This document shows, one piece after another, positions 1 to 11,369 of a stretch of 64,000 nucleotides of DNA. The stretch is taken from assembly GCF_048593235.1 (NCBI RefSeq), contig NC_133622.1, forward strand, positions 244,532,055 through 244,596,054, read 5' to 3'. Made by a program: the position numbers and the translations under genes. The notes under the pieces were generated by a model. That model did no database searches, was not told the origin of the DNA, and was given only the letters and a program-made list of their open reading frames with translations. The stretch comes from Sminthopsis crassicaudata (Eukaryota). Each line of letters starts with the position of its first letter. Positions within the stretch are counted from its first letter, which is position 1.

Positions 1-512
1 TCATTTTCTCAGCTAAGAATCTTGCCTTATATTTTAAAGGAAAAATTGAAGGCATTCCTGTGAGCTTCCCTTTCCCCTTGCCTTCTCATCTCCTATCACT
101 GAGATGTGTTCTGCTACTATCTCCACTTCATTTACCATCTCATGATGAATGGCCTTATTCTTTATTAAGACTAACCCCCTTTTTATTTAAGTGGTCCTAT
201 CCTATCCCATCTCCTTCAACAGATTTCCTTCTCTTTCATCCTCACTATTTCAGTTTTTTTCCCTAATATCTTCCTGTCAACTGGATCATTCCTACTACCT
301 ATAAATATCTTATATCTCCCTATTCCTAAAATACCCTCACTTGATTGTTTCATCCCTACTATCATTCTATATATTTTCTTCCCTTTTTAGCTAAACTCCT
401 TCAAAAGACTATTTACAATAGTTGTCTTTACTTTCATTCCTCTCTTAATTTCTTTCTTCTTAACTTTTGGCATTATTCCATTGAAACTTCCCTCTCCAAA
501 ATCACCAGTAAA
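1..512. mobile_element. LINE-2 ORF2 remnant
   Basis: Pyrimidine-rich L2-like sequence ending ATTGAAACTTCCCTCTCCAAAATCACCA. Shorter copies at 1900-1995 and 12910-13020. Confidence 0.65.
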
Positions 513-1182
513 AGATGGGGGAGGGAGAAAAAGGAGAGCATGAGAAAAAGGAGAAGGGAAATTGGAAGAGTGAAGAGGGAAAAAGAAGAAGAGAGAGTTT
601 ACTTAATATTGGCCAAAGGAAAGTATAGAAACTGAAGGAGGGTTTGGCTTCCTAAGGTTCAATCAATCAATTATTGGGAGAGAATGTAATTGCAATTTAA
701 TGAGTAAGAGAATTTCATTTCATGTCACTACATATATATATATATATTTGTAGATTGGTTGCTCATATGCTTTAAAAAGATAAATCTATTTTGTTATTCA
801 CCATGATGATAACATTAATTTTGGGCTGAAAAAAGAAACTGAAAGGTCCATCTAGTCTAACACTTTCATTATGTAGATTAAAGTCCATTAATATGATCTG
901 ACTTGTCTAAGTGAACATCAGAAGTAGAATCTGGATTTGATGCTGTCACCTCTGCACCTCAATGTACTAATGGTTAATATCCATCACAGATCCCCACAAA
1001 TCAATGGTAGAGACCAGGGTCCCATGGCTGTTAAGTGTTAGTGTCAGTATTTGAACTCATTTTTTTCTCACTCTAAGCTTATTTCTTTTTCTTCATATAT
1101 CACACTGTATCTAGAAAGGTAGATCTGAACATAAGAATACTTAAGATTATGATTTGAAGGCTAGAGTCTAGAGAAAGAAGTT

Positions 1183-1350
1183 TCAGATTTTGTTTTCTCT
1201 TAAGCAAAATGCTAAACCTAATAAAATCTTTATTTCCCCAAAAACTTTCTATATTCCTCATAGTATAGACTAGAGGGTTCAACTATGGTATAGAATATAG
1301 AAGTCACTTTGTATCCATAGAATGGCTAGAACTGGGTTGTAAGTACATAA
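1183..1350 (-). pseudogene. 3' stub of an OR5B gene (U0), TM6-loop to stop only, with internal deletions
   Basis: Aligns to 47254-47457 ([10 protein letters not shown]...TSIFY...LNPLVYT...LAFCLRENKI-stop) with three small deletions. Homology stops at 1350, where a SINE-like fragment begins. Confidence 0.9.
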
Positions 1351-1740
1351 GCTTTTCTTAGCAGAGATACTGGAGTAAATTGCTATTTCCTTTTCCAATT
1401 GTATTAACTAGCCACTAATTTAGTGATCAGACTTCATCCTACTTAAGACTTAAGTAAGTCATTGAGGCAATTCTTAAACTGCTGCAAAGAAAGATCAGGA
1501 AGATTTCAGGAAACAATTATTAAGGCTCAAAATGGCCAGCCATTCCTGCCAATAGTATGAAAACTGTGGCCTCAATTCAAAGTTTTGTGTGTCATAGGAT
1601 TTTAAGTACTGATGATCTAGATAACGTATTTGAAACAGACATAAAACAGCCTGAGATTGAGTATATTATCATGATTTTGTTCCAGGAGCTGTACTTGAAT
1701 CATGTACAGAAATTTAAAATTTAAATTTAAAATTATGTCC

Positions 1741-1880
1741 AGAAGCTAAAATGGAGCAGTGGGAAGAATGCCAGCCCTGAAGTCAAAAGAAGTTAAGTTC
1801 AAATCTGGCCTCAAATACTTAATACTTCCTAGCTGTGTGACCCTGGGCAAGTCACTTAACCCCAATTTCCTCAACAAATA
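1741..1880 (+). mobile_element. WSINE1-like SINE
   Basis: Same body as 41101-41241. A partial paralog is at 12840-12900. Confidence 0.75.
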
Positions 1881-2265
1881 AAGGCCATGGATAACAGGTG
1901 CCTTTACTCTGTCTCCTCTTATTCTCTTCTTATTTCTTCTATTCTGACTTCTGACATTATTTCAGTGAAACTTCCTTCTCCAAAGTTAGCAGTGAAAAAT
2001 GGGGGAGAGAGAAAGGAAAGAGCAGGAGAAAAGGGAAAAGGAGATGGGAGGGAGAGAAGGAAAATGGAAGGGGGAGGAGAAGAGGGAGCAACCAGTTTAC
2101 TTTTATTGACCAAAGGAAGGGCTAGAATCTGTAAGGACAGTTTGGCTTCATAAAGCTTAACTAGTCAATTACTGGAAGACAAAATGAGTCTTTGTAATTT
2201 AGTGAATAAGAAATTATGTTATTATATCTCCAATTGCCTAGAACATAGTGCACTCTAAATTAAAG

Positions 2266-2271
2266 TTTATT
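2266..2271 (-). terminator. Putative polyadenylation signal of U1 (AATAAA)
   Basis: Homologous position is intact in U5 (47052-47057) and altered in both pseudogene copies. Confidence 0.5.
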
Positions 2272-2746
2272 TGTAGATTTAGAGCTCCTGGATTGTAACA
2301 AAGCAAATCTATCACCTGCTTCACCATTATCATAAAATCACTAATTTTGAGCTGAAAAAGACTGAAATGTTCATCTAGTCCAATACTTTCACTATGCAGA
2401 TAAGGAAATTAAAGCCCAATACAGTGATGACTTGTCTAAGTGAATATCCGAAGTAGGATTTGGACTGGTTGTTTTCACTTCTGCACTGTAATGTATTCAT
2501 GGATAATATCTATCACAGGCCCCTAAAAATCAATGGTAGAGACTTTGGTCTCATAGGTAGTAAGTGTTAGTGTCAGCATTGAATCCATGTTTCTCCTCAC
2601 TCTGAGTGTATTCCCTTTTCCTCTTATTTCACACTGTATCTAGAAAAGGTAGAACTGAGCTTAAGGATATTTAAGATAATATCATAATTTGAGGGCTAAA
2701 GTCTAGAGAATGATATTTCTGATTTTGTTTTCTCTTAAGTGAAATG

Positions 2747-3682
2747 CTAAGCCTTAAGAAGTCTTTTCCCCCATAAAGCTTTCCTGAAAGCCACATGAAT
2801 CTCTTTATTCCTCATGGTATAGACTAAAGGGTTCAACATGGGAATGATCATGGTGTAGAAGATCGAAGTCACTTTGTCTTTGTCCATAGAATGGTTAGAG
2901 TTGGGTTGTAAGTACATAAAGATGACTGTCCCATAAAAAATGGACACCACAGAGAGGTGAGAAGCACAGGTGGAGAAGGCTTTCTGGCGGCCCTCAGTAG
3001 ATTGGATCTTCAGGATGGCCACAAAGATGAATGAATAGGAAATGCAGATAAATAAAAGTCCAAAGGTAGCAGTGAATCCTCCTAAGATAAAGAGTATCAC
3101 TTCATTGATGTGTACATCAGAGCAGGAGAGAGCGAGGAGAGGAGGGATGTCACAGAAGAAGTGATGGACAACATTGGATCCACAGAAGGAAAGGCTAAAG
3201 GTCTGTCCAGTGACAATAGCGGAATTAAAAAATCCACTGATGTGTGCAATAATGGTCAGATAAGTACATGCACTCGATGTCATGATGGTGGTATAATGTA
3301 GGGGCCTACACACAGCTGTGTGGCGATCATAGGCCATAACAGCCAGGAGATAAATTTCAGTAGTGACAAAGCTTGAAAAGAAGAACATTTGTGCAGCACA
3401 TCCATTGTAGGAAATGACCTTGCCCCCTGTGAGAAAACCAGACATAACCTTGGGTGTGACAGCTGAGGAATAACCAAAATCTACTAGAGAGAGATTACTG
3501 AGAAAAAAGTACATTGGAGTGTGCAAGTGGGAGTCCCAGGAGATAATGACTACTATCCCCAAGTTCCCCACAAGGATGATCAGATAGATAATAGTGAATA
3601 TTATCAAAAGGGGAACTTGAAGCTCTGGAGTGTCTGTTATTCCTTTGAGAATGAACTCACTCACCTCTGTTCTGTTCTTCAT
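2747..3682 (-). CDS. OR5B: Olfactory receptor, OR5B subfamily (U1), intact, 311 aa
   Basis: Class II OR motifs: N-glycosylation [77 protein letters not shown] matches OR5B. Acceptor AG at 3713-3712. Symbol is subfamily level only; 1:1 orthology is not supportable. Confidence 0.96.
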   Translation of the reverse strand: MKNRTEVSEFILKGITDTPELQVPLLIIFTIIYLIILVGNLGIVVIISWDSHLHTPMYFFLSNLSLVDFGYSSAVTPKVMSGFLTGGKVISYNGCAAQMFFFSSFVTTEIYLLAVMAYDRHTAVCRPLHYTTIMTSSACTYLTIIAHISGFFNSAIVTGQTFSLSFCGSNVVHHFFCDIPPLLALSCSDVHINEVILFILGGFTATFGLLFICISYSFIFVAILKIQSTEGRQKAFSTCASHLSVVSIFYGTVIFMYLQPNSNHSMDKDKVTSIFYTMIIPMLNPLVYTMRNKEIHVAFRKALWGKRLLKA

Positions 3683-3780
3683 GGATATTATTTGGGAAAT
3701 GAATCATTCACCTGTAATAAAAAAGAAATTAAGTAAATATTTATATGTGCATATATGTGTTTATGTATGCATGTAGACAT

Positions 3781-3918
3781 NNNNNNNNNNNNNNNNNNNN
3801 NNNNNNNNNNNNNNNNNNNNNNNNNNNNNNNNNNNNNNNNNNNNNNNNNNNNNNNNNNNNNNNNNNNNNNNNNNNNNNNNNNNNNNNNNNNNNNNNNNNN
3901 NNNNNNNNNNNNNNNNNN
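3781..3918. other. Assembly gap (N run)
   Basis: N run next to a microsatellite. Confidence 1.
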
Positions 3919-4060
3919 TAGCCTGGTTAGGGAAGATGGGGGTGATGAAAGTTGGAAAAAGAATAATGTAAAAATTGCATAGCAGTGAACAAAATAATAA
4001 CCTTCAAGGAAGCTACAAAAAGATGGACAATATAATATATTATCCAAAACAAATATAATC

Positions 4061-4100
<40 letters not shown>

Positions 4101-4399
4101 TTTATAGAATTGGAAATTTATTATTACATATTTTGAATCCTCTCTCATGTTCTGCTTGGCACATGAAAATGTTTTATATTGTTATTTCGTATTTTGTTTT
4201 TTCTTATCTAGTATTTAATTTTAAATAATGAATATTTTTAAATGATTCCTAAGCACAATGAATTCCCTGAAGTATTAACTCTGGTGTTGTATATTGAACA
4301 TATTGGCACATATGAGATATTCTGAATGGGGAGAAAATTGCAAGGTCCATTTGATTAGATTAGAAAATGTGTAAGGAGAATAATAAGAAATAAAAATCA

Positions 4400-6110
4400 A
4401 GAAAATAGGAAAGTCAATAAAATGGAGAAAGAGATACAAAATCATATGGAAAAAATAAAAAAAAAGAACTCAAATCAAATAAGAGAGAATGAGGGAAAAT
4501 TAGGGAGATAAAAGCAATCCAAGAGATTTACGAAAAGTTATCCAATTAGAAAAAAGAGACAAAAATCTTAAGAAAGAAAATAACTAGGGTTGGGCAAGTG
4601 GAATTGAATGAAGTTATAAGACATCACAATATAATAAAATTAGGAAAAGTAGAAGAGAATATGTTGTACCTCATTAGAAAAACAATTGATTTGTTCTGAT
4701 CAAATTGAAGAGAGGCAATTTAAGAATTGTCAAAATACTTGCAAGTTATGATAAAAACTTAATCTGAATACAATATTACAGGAAATTATTAAGGAAAATT
4801 TCCCTGAAGTTTTAGAACAAGAAAGTAAAGTAGAAATTGAAAGAATACACTAATTACCAGTTGAACGATGTCATAGGAAGAAAACTGATAGGAATGTCAG
4901 AGCCACATTTCAAAATTCCCAAGTTAAAAAGAAAATATTGCAATTAAGAAGAAACAAAAACAATTTAAATGCCATAGGAAAACAATCAGGATTTCATAAG
5001 ATTTAGCAGCTTTCACGCTAAAGGACTATTGGTCCTGGAATATATTTTGAAGAACAAAGGAGAAGAATAAGTTATCCAGCAAAGATGCATATAATCTAGA
5101 ATGAAAAAAAGAACATAAACTGATGGACTTTCAGGTATTTGTAATAAAAGACCAGAACTTAGTAGAAAATTCAATATAAATATTTCAGAATAAAGGAAAT
5201 TATTAAATACTACTTATAATAAGTTTAAACTGCTTCTGGTATATGAGAATGTTATCAATATGCTTAAAACTGTTATCATTACTAAAGTAGTTTGAAAGAG
5301 AGGTTGTGGCTGAAATGTGTATGAAGATTTAAAAAAAAAACAACGTGGATAGGAAAGTCAAAAAGGAGCAATTATCTCATAAAAACAAAAAATTAAAAGA
5401 AGAACTAATACAGCATAATGAGATGGAGGCTGAAGGCTGGTAATATTGGAACCTTTGGGTTGAAAAAGAAACAAGGTATGCATCTGAAGAAGTTTAAAAG
5501 TCTCCTCAATTTCTAGAGAAATGAGGAAAGTGGGGGATAAAGTAGAGGAAGGACTTTTAAAAGGGTACATAGGATAAAACTAGAAGTGTGGGGGAGAAAA
5601 TAAGAGAGGGGCTTTTAGAGGAGTGTGTACAATAAGAAATAAGAAGGTAAAGAGAGGAGAGAAGGTAATAGAGATGGGGCAAAAAGAGAGACTTTAAAGG
5701 AACATAGTAAGCAAAAATAAGATAGAAGAAAATTCACTAATAGTAATTAGAATTCTGTCAAATCTGTATGAATACAAGTCATTTTCCAACTGAGAAATGT
5801 TTAAATGATAGAAAGAGGCAATTTTCAATGAAAGAATCAAAACAATTTACAAGCAATTAAAAATGTTCTAAATCATTATTAATGAGAGACATGCAAATGA
5901 AAATAATCTTCAGATGGTATTTTACACCAATAAGGTTAGCTAAAAAGATTGAAGAGGAAAGTGAAAAATTTTGGAGAATTTTATGTGGGAAAGTTGGGAT
6001 GCTAATTTATTGTTTGTAGAATTGCAAAATGATACAACTATTTTAAAAAGCAATGGAATTATGCCCAAGTAGCTTTTTTGTACCCTTTCCATTTAATTAG
6101 CAAGCATAAT
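4400..6110 (+). mobile_element. Old LINE-1 fragments (ORF1 and ORF2 3' end) in the U1 intron
   Basis: A-rich ORF1-like sequence (GAAATTATTAAGGAAAATTTCCCTGA...). Paralogous to 48450-50700. Confidence 0.75.
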
Positions 6111-6900
6111 AACCATAATGTTTTAGCAAGGGCTATAAATGAACATTATTTTATTTTAAATACCCAAATTAACTATAAAGAACATACAAAGAAATACACT
6201 GTCTTCATCCAGAGCATGAACTGATCAATAGAAGTATATGTAGAATAATTTTATCCTTTCCTTTGGTCTTATCAATCCTCCTTGCAGTGGTAAGCAATCT
6301 GATATAGGTTATACATGTGCAATTATGTAAAGCCTTCTCATATTTGTCATTTTGTAAAAGAACATTAGAATAAAAGAAAAATGAAAGCAAGTGAAAAGTA
6401 TCATGCTTTAGTCTGTATTCAGGAAATATTAGTTCTTTCTCTGGAGATGGAGAGTATGTTTCATCATTAATCCCTTGGGATTGTCTTGGATCATTGTATT
6501 GCTGAAAAGGGCTAAGTCATTCTTTGTTCCTCATTGAATATTATTGCCATTACTTTGTACAATGTTCTCCTAGTTCTGTTCATTTCATTATGCCTCAGTT
6601 CATGTAAGTTTTTCCAGGTTTTTTCTGAAATTTCTGGAATTCTGAAATTTTCTGTAATTCTGCTTGTCATTTCTTATAGCACAATAATAATATTCTATTT
6701 TGATCATATACTACATTTTCCCCAGTTGATCAGGATATCCCTTTGATTTACAATTCTTAATCACCACAGAAAGAACAGATAAAATATTTTTGTGTAATTA
6801 GGTCCCTTTCCCTTTTGGGGGATATAGAGGTAGTAATAGTGGTAATCACTGGATCAGAGGGTATGCACAATTTTATACCTTTGGGGGCTTTGGAACTCAT
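6110..6900 (-). mobile_element. LINE-1 3' UTR fragment
   Basis: Matches the L1 3' UTR seen at 33020-33620. Confidence 0.75.
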
Positions 6901-7482
6901 CTTTCTATGGCTAAATAAATAAATTATCGATTCTTGTCCGTGTATTTTATATCACATTCATTTTGTTCAGAGTGAAATAAAGGCTTTTTTTAAATCTTGT
7001 ATATTTCATTTTTCCATAGGAGAAGAGGAAATATACATCTAGGAAAATCTAAACATAAGCTATCACAAGTTTAATTTGAAGAAATTCCTGTATTCAATCT
7101 AGCTTGGAGCAATGAGCAAAAGACAAAAAAAAAAGATAGTTTGTATCAGGCATCCAGTATTGATTATAATCTCTAAAATTTCAGTTTTGTTGGGGAAAAG
7201 GAGGGGGAGTTTGGAGTATTTTTATTATATTACTTTTTTCTTTCAAAATTTAAACTTTAATTTCATTAGCATAGGAAATTTGTAGTGAGGAAATCTCTAC
7301 CAAATGACATCAGATCTTGCCTTAAAATTTAGGTTTAAGAGAGTTGCTTAGAGGGAATATAATGCATATAAAATAGCTTGACCAAGGACAACAGAGGCAT
7401 TACCTAAGTTGAGGTTTACAGTCCCTAAAGTTGTCCAGCCACTATACCACATGCCTTTGAATTATATATTTTTTTCTTATAG

Positions 7483-7483
<1 letters not shown>

Positions 7484-7552
<69 letters not shown>
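7484..7552. repeat. (TA)n microsatellite (others at 4066-4098, 731-747, 50797-50840)
   Basis: Directly visible. Confidence 0.95.
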
Positions 7553-9227
7553 TCATTTCTGAAACCTCTTAAGATATCTTGGGGTTTACAGACTGGATTT
7601 CATTTTTAAGGACCATGCCTTAAACCCAAATCACTTTGGCTCTTATTGATTGATTGGTTATTAGCTCCCAGGTCAATGGGGCCTCATTGTTTGAATTTGG
7701 ATGGCTCAGAGTGAGTGTAAATAATAATTGTTTCTGCTTTGGCAAGAAACCTGGAGGGCTTTTCTATTACAGATTGATTTTTTTCACTAGGTAAAAACAG
7801 CCATTTCTTGCATCATTTCTTAAGCACTTAATCATAGCCTTAATTACTGAGTAGGCATTATCTTAGACAAAATAAGATCTTTTAAAGATCTCAGCTTAAA
7901 AAGATCTGTCTCTCATTGCATTCAGGACCATCTCCAAAAATCCTGGCCTATAACTTGCTCTGGATCCAGATAACTCGGGAGAAGAGGATAAGGATGGTGA
8001 CTTTGCATTGCCTTTTCTCACATAAATCCGATTCACTTGCATGTCATGGCTTCACCTTCCTAATGTCATTAGTCCTTTCACAGCAATGATAATTTTTCTT
8101 ATTTCCTTATCTAGCTACATTTTCTATTCTTAAAGTTAGACATCAATTCTTTAAGGACACATTTAACTTGTATATCCTTAGGATATAAGCCAATGAATGA
8201 AATATAGAAGGCACTTAGTAAGTTAAATTACATTTAATTGTTGAATTTCATTTAACACAAATCTTTGGGTCTCACTTTGCCTGATTAAGAGGATAATAAC
8301 TTTAATATTAACTAAGACAAAAAGTGTTTATACAGTCTAAAATTTTAAGGGCTATAAAAGTAGGACATTATTTCCCATATAGACTTTGGCACCCATGTAT
8401 ATTAATGATGAGACAGTTCTCTATAGAATATATAAACAGAGTTTTTAAGGCAATTAGGCTTAGTGGCAAAGCTAAGGACTTAAATTTGAAGAAAATTTGG
8501 AATAGAATTGTACCTCAGATACTTATAATCTATGTGAACCCAAACAATTCATTAAATTTTCCCATTCTCAATTTTTCTTTATGGAAAATGTAGATAATGA
8601 CAGTTGTAGCACTTACCTTTCAGGGTCATTATGAGTTTCAAATGAAATCATTGCTTGAAAGCATTTTGAAAACCCTAAAGCAAATTGTAAATAAAATATG
8701 TTACTACTGAGCTTGAAACCATGTATTTTTTTAATTTTAAATCTGTTCCAAATTTCAACATCATAATTTGTACACAGTGTGCCCTTATTATTATTCACTG
8801 GTTTGTTGTTAAATGCTCATTATCATCCATCTCTTCTCAGATTTCCTCTTTTCTTAAAGCAGGACAACAGATGGGAAAATCAGGAGCATAGTTTATAACA
8901 ATGGCTGTCCTTTATAAGGACAATAATCTTGATTTTATGGTTGATACTTAGACTCAGAGTGATGAAATAATTTGCTATGATTTCACAGGTAAAATTTTTT
9001 AGAAACAAGATATAAAACTAATCTTCCAGATTCCAGATCTAAAACCCTAAAACAAAATGCCCTACAGTCCCAACAGATGAGTATTGGATTTTTCAGAATC
9101 TGAATGACTCATGAAGAAAGGTAGATGGGCCTTTGTAGGGGAAAGATGGCCAGGCACCTTTACAGGGGTCAGGTGCTTGAAATCTTAGACTGAGAAAGAA
9201 AATGAATATGATGAAGAAAGTCTCCCC

Positions 9228-9236
9228 TAATACCTG
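9228..9236 (-). other. Putative 5' splice donor of the U1 first non-coding exon (CAG|GTATTA)
   Basis: About 230 nt downstream of the TATA. Conserved in U5 (GT at 53901-53900) and deleted in pseudogene U2. Confidence 0.45.
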
Positions 9237-9454
9237 ATGCTAAGTGTTCAAAGGTCTTTAGTTCTAGAGAGATCATCCTTGGCCATTGCTGCTTCATGGA
9301 AGGCAGTAGATTTAATGATCTTTCCTTGTGTTGATTGACAGAGCAATGGAAACTAAATGAATGAATGACTCAGACACCTTCCCTAGATTGGTCTCACAGC
9401 ATTGGGCCCTGAAAGAGTTATATGTTGTGCAACTCTGACTCAAGATGTGGATTA

Positions 9455-9585
9455 GGGAGGGGTTTTATACAGACTTGGGAGTCTGTGGAGAAAAAATTGG
9501 CTCTATAGCCAACTAATAAACAAACCATTAAATTCTTCCCTGACCATGGGGAGCAAACTGCTCGTCCATGGAGATTATTTCCCTG
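9455..9585 (-). promoter_or_regulatory. Putative promoter cassette of U1
   Basis: Minus strand: O/E-like sites (9565-9574, 9543-9553), TAATGG (9525-9530), TATAAAA (9463-9469). Homologous block found upstream of all six ORs. Confidence 0.65.
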
Positions 9586-11369
9586 TAATTGTCTTTGTCT
9601 TTCTTAGTTCATTGTTAGGGATGTAGAGCAGAAAAAGCCTTTGTTATTGGGAATCTTGGCCTTGAGATCCTTGCAATGGGATCTTGAGCAAGGCACTTAA
9701 CTACTATTTGTTTGAACTTGCTCATCTGTCAAATAAGGCTAACAGTCCTTCCCTGTGTAGCTCATAGAATTGTGAGGGTTCAAATATCATACTGAATTAT
9801 GATGTACTGCAGGAAAAAAGTATTAAAAGTTAGAGTTTAGAGAGCCAGAGTCCTAGAGCTGCCTCTTATTTATTAACTTTGTCACATTGTTTTCTTGACC
9901 TCAGTTGTCCAATCTGTAAAATTATAACTGTATATTAACCCTTGCAAAGTCTCCTTAGGGATTATATTTTCTAAAGGATATATGCACATAAAGTTCGAGT
10001 AGAATAATGCGTCAAAGGAATACTGTAGATTTACAAAGTAAATTTTTGTAGTTTACAAAGTCTTTCTCATGATATTCTGGGGACAAGATACAGAGAGGCA
10101 GGTTAGACAGGAGCACACTTAGAATAAATCAGAACTGGCTGAATGGCCAAACCTAGAGAATAGTCAATGGCTCAATTTACCTGAGAAATTAGACTCTACT
10201 CTTGGTCTAGTGCCAGCGAATTTTTTATTATAAATATAAATAATATTTCTGTTTCAAGATTTCTCTAAAAAGCAATCTAAATATATCTCCATCTCATACA
10301 CAATCATAGCAAATTGATCTTGAGAAATCCTTTATTTGGCCCTACAGAAAAAAATCAAAATATAAAAAACCAAACCCTATAGAACCCCTTACCCAGATGT
10401 TGAAATAAATAAACCAGCCAAAGAACTGAACAGTTGGAACAGACATGAAGCTAGGATTGTCATCATGGTACCATGCTGATATCCTATTGAAATCCCTTTC
10501 TTCTGCAGAAACCCTTGTAAATTTCCAAGGCTACCTTATGATTTATTTGCCTTCTTATAGGTATTCCAACATTGGGTGTGACCAAAAAAGTATTGAAATC
10601 CAAGCAACTCATTTTGCTGTCCAAGTATGAGGCTGTGTATGAATTAAATGATTGATCCTCCTCAAAAAAATATTGATGATTGATGGTGATAATGTTAATG
10701 GCAATAATAATAAACTATGATTTATAAGTGTTTTAAGTTTTGCAGAATACTTTACATGTGTTATGGCTTTGATTTCTTACAACTCAGGGAGGGAGGTGCT
10801 TGTAAAGCTTTTATAGATGCAGAAAGTGAAGGTGATAAAATAGATGATTCATTCAGTAACCCAATTAATAATTATCTGAGAAAGAATCTGACTCAAAGAC
10901 CTGTGCTCTCTCCACTAAATTGCTTTTTTCACTATAGAACCTCTATCCAAAGAGTGCCTGGATTTACTCCTCTAGGAAGGCAGTGAGCATGGATTAAGCT
11001 GATGATTCTCCTTTTTCTCCAAAGACCATGCTGCATCAGGAAATGCTTTCTCTCTTTAGGACATTCAGTGGCTAAATGAGAGCCCCAGAATACAGGCCAT
11101 AGGTTTCTGCTGCAGATCCCCACCAGTGCTTTGACTTCTGCTATCTTGAACAACAGGGAATTTGATTGGTGTCTAATCTCTGTTCTGATGAGGAAGAGAA
11201 AGGCAAAAAAGGATCAGAAACTTGAACTCCCTTTTGCAGTTTCTAATAAGTTCATTAGGCTCACCATGTCCCTCCATCCAAAAGTGTCATTTTTGTTCCT
11301 TGAGTGATCAGAGTGCATTCTACACATTGACATAGAATTTATGTCTATATGGCTTGCTCTGGTGTGGTG

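Noticed and set aside
3534-3544. O/E-like TCCCAGGAGA inside the CDS of U1, U3, U5 and U6
   Set aside because: Explained by the conserved I-S-W-D codons; no independent evidence of a regulatory role.
3110-3736. Plus-strand ORFs overlapping OR genes (also 13979, 37651, 56689)
   Set aside because: Antisense shadows of the OR reading frame; short and not conserved in length between paralogs.
6145-6160. Sense-oriented L1 3' ends with AATAAA/ATTAAA in the U1 and U5 introns as premature terminators
   Set aside because: These hexamers are abundant in such AT-rich introns; not distinguishable from background.
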